Below, piece after piece: positions 57,682 to 64,000 of a stretch of 64,000 nt of DNA (positions are counted from its first letter, which is position 1; each line of letters starts with the position of its first letter). The position numbers and the translations under genes were made by a program. Below the pieces are notes generated by a model. It did not search any database. It saw only the letters and a list, made by a program, of their open reading frames with translations, and was not told the DNA's origin. The stretch covers positions 1 to 64,000 of the forward strand of contig CAZCME010000006.1 of assembly GCA_964499705.1 (NCBI GenBank), in the 5' to 3' direction. The DNA comes from an uncultured bacterium. Lineage in GTDB: Bacteria > UBA8481.

Positions 57682-59448
57682 TTGATTTCCCCCGATAATT
57701 CGACCGGATCGCGAACGGCCGATCTTGCGACGATCATTCTCTACGGTTGCGCCGTCTTCATGCTGGGGCTCGGCTCGTATGGATTCTGGGAGCCCTGGGA
57801 ACCTAAGTACGCCCTGGCTATCCAGGAGATGCTGGACCGGGGCGAATACTTCATCCCCTACCTGAACGGCGAGATCCGGTGGACAAAGCCGATCCTGTAC
57901 TACTGGGCCGCGCTCCCCCTTGCCGCCGTAGCGGGCGTCAACGAGTGGACGATGCGACTGCCGTCCGCGCTGGCCGCTCTCGCCGGCATGATCGTCCTGT
58001 ACCTCTGCATCAGCCGGATCCGTTCCCGACGAACGGGATTCCTGGCCGCCATGATCCTCGGAACGACTCCCCAGTATTTCTGCATGGCGCGACAGGCCAT
58101 GCCCGACATGCTCATGTCCTTTTTTCTCCTCAGCACCATGTGTTTCTTCGCGGCCGGTCGATTCGGAGAGGGGGATCCACGGAGATGGTTCCAGGCTTCG
58201 TACGCGTCGCTTGGTCTCGCCTTTCTTACCAAGGGCCCCGTAACTCTCGTGCTCGCGCTGGGCGCCATCGGAATCTGCTTCCTGTTCCAGCCGGGAGGAG
58301 AAGTTGCGCAGCCCCTTAGGACTTTCGCCCGCGACTGGAAAATCCACGCGAAGCGTTTTCACGTGCTTCCCGGGCTGATCATCGCCGGCGCCATCGCGGT
58401 CCCGTGGTATCTCTTCCTCATGGCCACGGAATGGCGCGGATTCTGGGCGATCTTCGTCGGCTACGAAAACTTCGCGCGCTTCGTACTTCCCATTCGCGAT
58501 CATCACGGCACGGTGACGTACTATTTCTCGACGATCTTTCATGGCATGTATCCCTGGAGCGCGCTCCTGCCGGGCGTCCTGATCTTCCTGATGAAGAAAA
58601 CAGGGAGAACCGCGCCGGAGATGCGCCAGAGATGGTATTTCGCGGCATGGTTTCTCTCGGCGTTTCTCCTGTATTCCGCCGCCGGCACGAAGCTCCAGCA
58701 TTATTTCCTGCCCGCCGCCGCTCCATTCGCGGTTCTCATTGCCTCATTCTGGGAAGACTTCTCCGCGCGAAAGCGGCCGACCGAGCTGGCGACCGTCCTG
58801 ATTTCGGTGCCATTCCTCTACATCATCAGCCGTGATCTCCTTGACGAAGGCCACGGTCGTGCCATCGCCAATTTCATCGATCGAAGCGATCTGAACGTCG
58901 AGGGCATCCCCTTCTCGCTCCTCATGGTTTTCGGAACATGGACCGCCGCCTGCGCGACAGCATTCCTTTCGAAACGCGCTTCCCTGCTCTCCCGGCGCGT
59001 CGCCCTGATCTGCGTCATGACCGCCGTCTTCAACGCCGCCGTCTTCTCGCTCCATGTCATCCCGCGTCATACGACGACGGGAGGCCGGAACGTGACTGTG
59101 TACACTTCGAAGATCGAGAAGCGCTTGCAGAAGGGCGCCGCGCTCGTGGTCTTTGGCGGCGTTCGATATTCGGCGTACTACTACATCGGAAGGGACAAGG
59201 TCGCCCATTACGAAGGTGACGAGCTGGACACGATGGTCGCATCCCTCCACGAAAAATCCCGCGTCTACATCATCGCTCAGGATGAATGGATGCCCGCTCT
59301 TCATGAAAAGCTGGCTCTGGACAGGCGCCACAAGTGGAAAACCCTGTCCTCGGCAATGGAAGGCTATTCCCTGATCCGCGGTCTCCGCCGAAAAGCGGAA
59401 ATCAGGAAGGATTCGAGCGTCGCGGCTCCTGGAGGCGGCAATGCCTGA
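57682..59448 (+). CDS. ArnT/PMT-family (GT-C) glycosyltransferase
   Basis: WEPWEPKYA, KPILYYW, RLPSALA, LTKGPV, PWY, TKLQHYFLP. Confidence 0.85.
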   Translation: MISPDNSTGSRTADLATIILYGCAVFMLGLGSYGFWEPWEPKYALAIQEMLDRGEYFIPYLNGEIRWTKPILYYWAALPLAAVAGVNEWTMRLPSALAALAGMIVLYLCISRIRSRRTGFLAAMILGTTPQYFCMARQAMPDMLMSFFLLSTMCFFAAGRFGEGDPRRWFQASYASLGLAFLTKGPVTLVLALGAIGICFLFQPGGEVAQPLRTFARDWKIHAKRFHVLPGLIIAGAIAVPWYLFLMATEWRGFWAIFVGYENFARFVLPIRDHHGTVTYYFSTIFHGMYPWSALLPGVLIFLMKKTGRTAPEMRQRWYFAAWFLSAFLLYSAAGTKLQHYFLPAAAPFAVLIASFWEDFSARKRPTELATVLISVPFLYIISRDLLDEGHGRAIANFIDRSDLNVEGIPFSLLMVFGTWTAACATAFLSKRASLLSRRVALICVMTAVFNAAVFSLHVIPRHTTTGGRNVTVYTSKIEKRLQKGAALVVFGGVRYSAYYYIGRDKVAHYEGDELDTMVASLHEKSRVYIIAQDEWMPALHEKLALDRRHKWKTLSSAMEGYSLIRGLRRKAEIRKDSSVAAPGGGNA

Positions 59449-60649
59449 GGAGCGATCCAGAACCATCCGCATCCTCCATGTCACGACGTCGCTCGCGGCA
59501 TTCTCCGGAATCGAGGAGACCATCCGGATTCTCATCCACGGGCTCGATCGCGGCAGGTTCCGGATCGGGCTCGCTTCCATTGTTGATCCTCCCGGCGCCG
59601 CGGTCGAAGAGCTGAAAGCGACCGGCGTGGAGATTCACGTCATCCATCGGCGGGGCAGCGTGATCGACGTCGTGACGACATCGAAGCTGATCGGGATCCT
59701 CGGCCGATTCGGCGCGGATATCGTCCACACGCACAGGAATAAGGGCAATTTCCACGGAAGAATCGCGGCGCAAGCCCTTGGAATTCCCATCGTGACGACG
59801 CACCATGACATGGGCGATCTGGAGTTCTCACGGTCCCCGTTCTCCGGCCGCCGCATGAACTCCATCCATTCCAACGAGCATCCCGATTTCGTCCAGCGAT
59901 GGATATTTCCGTTTCTTAATGTGAAGCTCGATCGAATGAATCACCGCGTGATCGCGGTCTCCGATCATGTCCGCCGGATCCACGCCGCGAGCCTCGCCGA
60001 CACCCGCGTAGAGACGATCCACGCGCCGTTCGACGAATCGCTCTTTCCGAAATCGTGGCACGGCCTTCGCCATCCGGAAATTGTCATTGGAACAGCAGGG
60101 AGCCTCGGATTCCTGAAGGGGCACATCCACCTCATCCGCGCGATGCGGATTCTTCGCGATGCCGGACGAGACATCCGGTGGAGAATCGCGGGCGACGGCC
60201 CGCTTCGGGCGGAACTGGAGGCGGCGGTCGAGAAGGAAGGCATCGCGGATCGCGTGACGTTTCTCGGATTCCAGGCGCACGACGCGCGGCTCTACGAAGG
60301 ACTCGATCTCTACGTGCAGCCTTCGCTCGCGGAGGGCTGCTCGATCACGCTCCTCGAGGCCATGGCTTCAGGCATCCCGGTCATCGCGAGCGACATCGAC
60401 GGGCCGACGGAGCTGATCGAGCACGGCGTATCCGGTCTCCTGGTTCCTCCGGCCCATCCCGAATCTCTCGCCTCCGCGATCGCCTCGCTGGCGGACGACC
60501 GCGGGAAGGCGGCCGCGATCGGGCAGGCGGGGCATGAGCGGAGCCTGTCGAGATTTTCCTCCCGGGTCTTCCTCGAAAAAATGTCCCGGGTCTATGAGGA
60601 GTGCGCCGCGCTCCCCAGCAGGGCGGGAATCGATTATGCTCCCCTCTGA
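59441..60649 (+). CDS. GT4-family glycosyltransferase
   Basis: DIVHTH, KGH..LI.A, GDGPLR, PSLAEG..ITLLEAMA.G.PVIASD. Confidence 0.92.
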   Translation: MPEERSRTIRILHVTTSLAAFSGIEETIRILIHGLDRGRFRIGLASIVDPPGAAVEELKATGVEIHVIHRRGSVIDVVTTSKLIGILGRFGADIVHTHRNKGNFHGRIAAQALGIPIVTTHHDMGDLEFSRSPFSGRRMNSIHSNEHPDFVQRWIFPFLNVKLDRMNHRVIAVSDHVRRIHAASLADTRVETIHAPFDESLFPKSWHGLRHPEIVIGTAGSLGFLKGHIHLIRAMRILRDAGRDIRWRIAGDGPLRAELEAAVEKEGIADRVTFLGFQAHDARLYEGLDLYVQPSLAEGCSITLLEAMASGIPVIASDIDGPTELIEHGVSGLLVPPAHPESLASAIASLADDRGKAAAIGQAGHERSLSRFSSRVFLEKMSRVYEECAALPSRAGIDYAPL

Positions 60650-60661
60650 AGAGGTCCGCCC

Positions 60662-61339
60662 GTGCGCATTCTAGTTGTCGAGGATTCCCCGGAGCTTGCC
60701 GGTTTTGTGAAACGCTCGCTTCGCAAGGAAGGCCATGTTGTCGAGACGGTCCTGGACGGGAACGAGGGCTACCATCGCCTGCGTCATGAACATTACGACG
60801 CCGCCGTCATGGACATCATGCTTCCCGGGATCGACGGTCTCTCGATCGTCGCCAGGCTCCGCCAGGAAAATTGCGCGACACCCATTCTCTTTCTGAGCGC
60901 GAAGCGCGAGGTGGAGGACCGCGTCCGCGGTCTCCGGGCGGGAGGCGATGATTACCTGGTGAAGCCGTTCGCCGTCGCCGAGCTCCAGGCGCGCGTCCAG
61001 TCGCTGCTCCGCAGGAGCGCGGGGGCGAGCGAGCCTTTGACCCTGCGGGTGGGCGACCTGGACATGGATCTGCTGAAACACTCCGTCCATCGAGCCGGGC
61101 GTCGGATCGACCTGAAGCCGCGAGAATTCGCTCTCCTGGAATATCTTCTCCGCAACGCCGGGCGCGTCGTGTCGCGCACGATGATCATGGAGAATGTGTG
61201 GGATTATAATTTCGATCCGCGGACGAACGTCGTCGATTCGAATGTCTGCCGGCTTCGGAACAGCATCAACGACGGCTTCGACGCGAAGCTGATCCGGACG
61301 ATTCGGGGGGTCGGCTATGTCCTGGAAGAAATTCCTTGA
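60662..61339 (+). CDS. OmpR-family response regulator (CusR/CzcR-like)
   Basis: ILVVED, DIMLPG, DDYLVKPF, winged helix REFALLEYL...TIRGVGY. Confidence 0.95.
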   Translation: MRILVVEDSPELAGFVKRSLRKEGHVVETVLDGNEGYHRLRHEHYDAAVMDIMLPGIDGLSIVARLRQENCATPILFLSAKREVEDRVRGLRAGGDDYLVKPFAVAELQARVQSLLRRSAGASEPLTLRVGDLDMDLLKHSVHRAGRRIDLKPREFALLEYLLRNAGRVVSRTMIMENVWDYNFDPRTNVVDSNVCRLRNSINDGFDAKLIRTIRGVGYVLEEIP

Positions 61340-62711
61340 GCTGAAAGGCTCCGTCGTGGGCCGCCTCGCGCTGGCGTATGCCACCGCCAGCGTCCTGCTC
61401 ACCGTGGCGGGCCTCACGGTGGCCTATCTCTTCGTCGCCTCCTATGCGCTCCAGGAAAAAGACGATGACCTGACCCATCTCTGGAAGGAACTGGGCGAAA
61501 TCTCCACGGATCACGGGATCGCGAGAATGGAGGAGGAGTTCATCCGCGAAGCCTCGCTCCGGGGCACACGCAAGGCGGTATTCGCGGTTCTCCGCGGCGA
61601 CGGCGACATGGTCTCGTCGTCCAACCTGTCCGCCTGGACCGTCCTGAAGACGCAGCGAGTCCGGCCTCTGCTGGAAAACGCGCCGCGGTTCTACACGGCT
61701 TACAATGAGCAAAGAAGATCCTCCGCCCGCTTCATCGTCGCGCCGCTCGGTGATGCGAAGTGGATACAGATCGGCCTGTCGCTCGAAGATTCCGAATCGC
61801 TCCTGCGCCGCTTCATCGCCGTCTTTCTCGCCCTGGGAACGGTCCTCTCCGTGGCCGCCTCCGTCCTCGGATGGCTGATCGCGCGGCGCGCGCTCTCGGG
61901 TGTCCGGACCGTCACGGCCGCGACGACGCGGATGGCCGGCATGCATTTCAGCGAACGCGTTCCGATCGCAGGTCAGGGCGCGGAGGTCGACACGCTGGCG
62001 GCCAGCTTCAACGCGATGGCCGCACGCATCGAGACGCTCATGACCGAAATGCGCAACACGAACGACAACATCGCGCACGATCTCCGGAGCCCCATCGCGC
62101 GCATCCGCGCACAGGCGGAGTCCGCCATCGTCTCCCCGGATGCCTCCGGCGAAACCGCCGCCGCCCTCGGGGAAATCGTCGACGAATGCGACCGGCTCCT
62201 GGAAATGATCAATACCATGCTGGATATCTCGGAGGCCGAAGCGGGCGCCTCGCGCATGACGCGGGAGACGGTGGACGCCGCCGTGATCGTCAGGGACGGC
62301 GTGGAGATCTTTCAGCCGGCGGCGGACGAGAAGGAGATCCGTTTCGAATGCAGGGCGCCGGAGTCGCTGCCGTTCCGCGGCGACCGGAAGAAAATCCAGC
62401 GGCTCCTCGCCAACCTGCTCGACAACGCCGTCAAGTATTCTCCGCGCGGTTCCTCGGTCGAAGTGACTCTGTCACGGGACGAGGGCCGGCTCGCGATTTC
62501 CGTGCGGGACAGCGGCCCCGGTATCTCCGAATCCGACCGGGCTCGCCTCTTCGATCGCTTCTATCGCGGAGACGCCAGCCGCTCCGCGCCCGGCAACGGC
62601 CTCGGCCTGAGTCTCGCGAAGGCTATCGTCGTCGCGCACGGCGGCGAGATCGGCGTCGATTCCCTGCCCGGCTCCGGAAGCCTCTTCACGGTCCGCCTTC
62701 CGATCGATTGA
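61317..62711 (+). CDS. Sensor histidine kinase (HAMP)
   Basis: AHDLRSP, NLLDNAVKY, DSGPGI, FDRFYR, GLGLS. Confidence 0.93.
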   Translation: MSWKKFLELKGSVVGRLALAYATASVLLTVAGLTVAYLFVASYALQEKDDDLTHLWKELGEISTDHGIARMEEEFIREASLRGTRKAVFAVLRGDGDMVSSSNLSAWTVLKTQRVRPLLENAPRFYTAYNEQRRSSARFIVAPLGDAKWIQIGLSLEDSESLLRRFIAVFLALGTVLSVAASVLGWLIARRALSGVRTVTAATTRMAGMHFSERVPIAGQGAEVDTLAASFNAMAARIETLMTEMRNTNDNIAHDLRSPIARIRAQAESAIVSPDASGETAAALGEIVDECDRLLEMINTMLDISEAEAGASRMTRETVDAAVIVRDGVEIFQPAADEKEIRFECRAPESLPFRGDRKKIQRLLANLLDNAVKYSPRGSSVEVTLSRDEGRLAISVRDSGPGISESDRARLFDRFYRGDASRSAPGNGLGLSLAKAIVVAHGGEIGVDSLPGSGSLFTVRLPID

Positions 62712-63335
62712 CGCGCTCTTCTTTGTGATGATCGCCAGGCGGTAATTGAAGATGCCCAGGAGAGGAATGTTGATACGTTTGAACTCGACATTCCAGGCGT
62801 CGTCGCTCGTGAAGACATCCACGTGCAGGCAGTGGTAGTAGAGAATCCTGATGTCGTGTCTGGCTTCGGTCAGCAACATTCGCTTGAAACGTTCCATCGT
62901 GAGAGGACCGAACGGATTATAGAGATACACGAGCGTCGCTTCACGCGGGAACAGATCCATCGCGTTTCCACGGAGGATAGCGACGTTTCTGCTGTTTCCG
63001 AATCGCGCGCGCGTCTCCGCGGCGATCGAGGGATTGATCTCCACGCCGACGATCCGTCTCCCGGGATAACGTTTCAGCCACCAGGCAATGACCCTGCCCT
63101 TTCCGCACCCGATGTCGGCCAGGACTTCCTGTTCGCCGACATCAATATCATCGAAGATTCTCCGGAGCACGCTGTATTCCGTGCTTTCCGAGGCGCGCGC
63201 TTCGGCGTCTACCGGCGCGACGATTCCTGCCAGGGATTCGCCCACGTGCCGATAATCCTGCGCGATATTAAGCGGAGCCCTCAGGGCCTTGACAAGTTCG
63301 TGCAGAAAGCGCCGGATGGTTCTCGTGATGATCAC
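62472..63335 (-). CDS. Class I SAM-dependent methyltransferase
   Basis: DIGCGKGR, GVEIN, YLYNPF; its 3' end overlaps the convergent kinase gene. Confidence 0.8.
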   Translation of the reverse strand: MIITRTIRRFLHELVKALRAPLNIAQDYRHVGESLAGIVAPVDAEARASESTEYSVLRRIFDDIDVGEQEVLADIGCGKGRVIAWWLKRYPGRRIVGVEINPSIAAETRARFGNSRNVAILRGNAMDLFPREATLVYLYNPFGPLTMERFKRMLLTEARHDIRILYYHCLHVDVFTSDDAWNVEFKRINIPLLGIFNYRLAIITKKSASIDRKADREEASGAGQGIDADLAAVRDDDSLRETQAEAVAGRGAAGVSAIEAIEEASPVGFGDTGAAVPHGNREPALVP

Positions 63336-63543
63336 GATCCCAGCATAGATGCTCCTCCCATGGTGGAACGTTACAGTCTTGCAATGTATCCTTTCTTCGT
63401 CATGATTTTCTCCGCCGCCATACCTTCCATGCGCTTCTCAGAGGCAGAGGCCATTTTCCACAAGCATCGATGGATTTTGCAAGCCGGCCTTCCATCGCTG
63501 ATGCTCCGTTGCGGTATCGTGCATTTTATGCTATTAATAACAC

Positions 63544-63900
63544 ATGGCTAAAGTTCTTCGAGGCCGCGCGGCGTCGTCCGTTCGGAAACGACGGCGCGCC
63601 GCCCGCGAATTGGCGACATGGATGAGATTGCTGCTCGAAGTTCGCGGCATGTCGATTTCGGAGCTTGCTCGGCGTTCGGGGCGCGACCGCGCGGACGTCT
63701 CTCGCTCGCTCGACGGCCGACGCGTCTGGGAATTCGATCGGATCAAGGATTACGCGGAAGCGCTCCTTCTCGAACCCCGCGACATTGTCGATGTCCCGCC
63801 GCGACCGGCTCGTGTGGATGCATTCCGAACGGTCTTTCGCCCCATCACCGAATGGGCCGTGGTTCGACCCTGGGACCGCGGCCTGTCCATTCGATTTTAG
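63544..63900 (+). CDS. XRE-type HTH protein
   Basis: RGMSISELARRSG.DRADVSRSL.G. Confidence 0.7.
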   Translation: MAKVLRGRAASSVRKRRRAARELATWMRLLLEVRGMSISELARRSGRDRADVSRSLDGRRVWEFDRIKDYAEALLLEPRDIVDVPPRPARVDAFRTVFRPITEWAVVRPWDRGLSIRF

Positions 63901-63903
63901 ACC

Positions 63904-64000
63904 GTGCGTTCTCCTTATCATCGGCTTCTTGAGGAGTTCAATCGCGCGAGCGTTCGTTATGTCCTCGTTGGCGTCGAAGGATTCAATCAATGGGTGCCGG
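63904..64000 (+). CDS. Probable nucleotidyltransferase, partial
   Basis: GTG 3 nt after the HTH stop; translates as MRSPYHRLLEEFNRASVRYVLVGVEGFNQW, resembling NTase N-termini (L....V.Y.LVG). Confidence 0.45.
   Translation, partial: MRSPYHRLLEEFNRASVRYVLVGVEGFNQWVP

Noticed and set aside
63332-63346. Frameshift at the methyltransferase start (RBS plus ATG giving MLGS-stop)
   Set aside because: TATGCT 6 nt before GTG 63335 fits the leaderless pattern seen elsewhere, so no frameshift is needed. A tiny upstream ORF cannot be excluded.

Overview
GC-rich bacterial scaffold segment with one 100-N gap and about 57 protein genes plus tRNA-Pro(CGG). From left to right: a MacAB-TolC-type exporter whose TolC carries a LysM domain; DoxX, MFS, a cold-shock protein and two tandem NarL-type regulators; hypothetical secreted proteins and an envelope operon (TPR, patatin, a degenerate lytic transglycosylase, DUF2723). 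Next is a bacterial microcompartment (BMC) operon (PduL, BMC-H, BMC-P, aldehyde dehydrogenase, PduS, PduT, an unknown cargo protein). It has no signature enzyme, runs on into a 5'-nucleotidase and a diguanylate cyclase, and lies near a NupC nucleoside transporter. Then come four tandem Maf/DUF115 paralogs downstream of argJ-lepB-ftsI, an orphan prepilin heading a signalling and glycosyltransferase operon, and an HTH/nucleotidyltransferase pair at the right edge. The intergenic DNA holds several families of palindromic elements. One family has shared 13-bp terminal inverted repeats and 13-bp flanking direct repeats around different inner tandem-repeat hairpins. All calls come from reading motifs by eye; no database searches were run.
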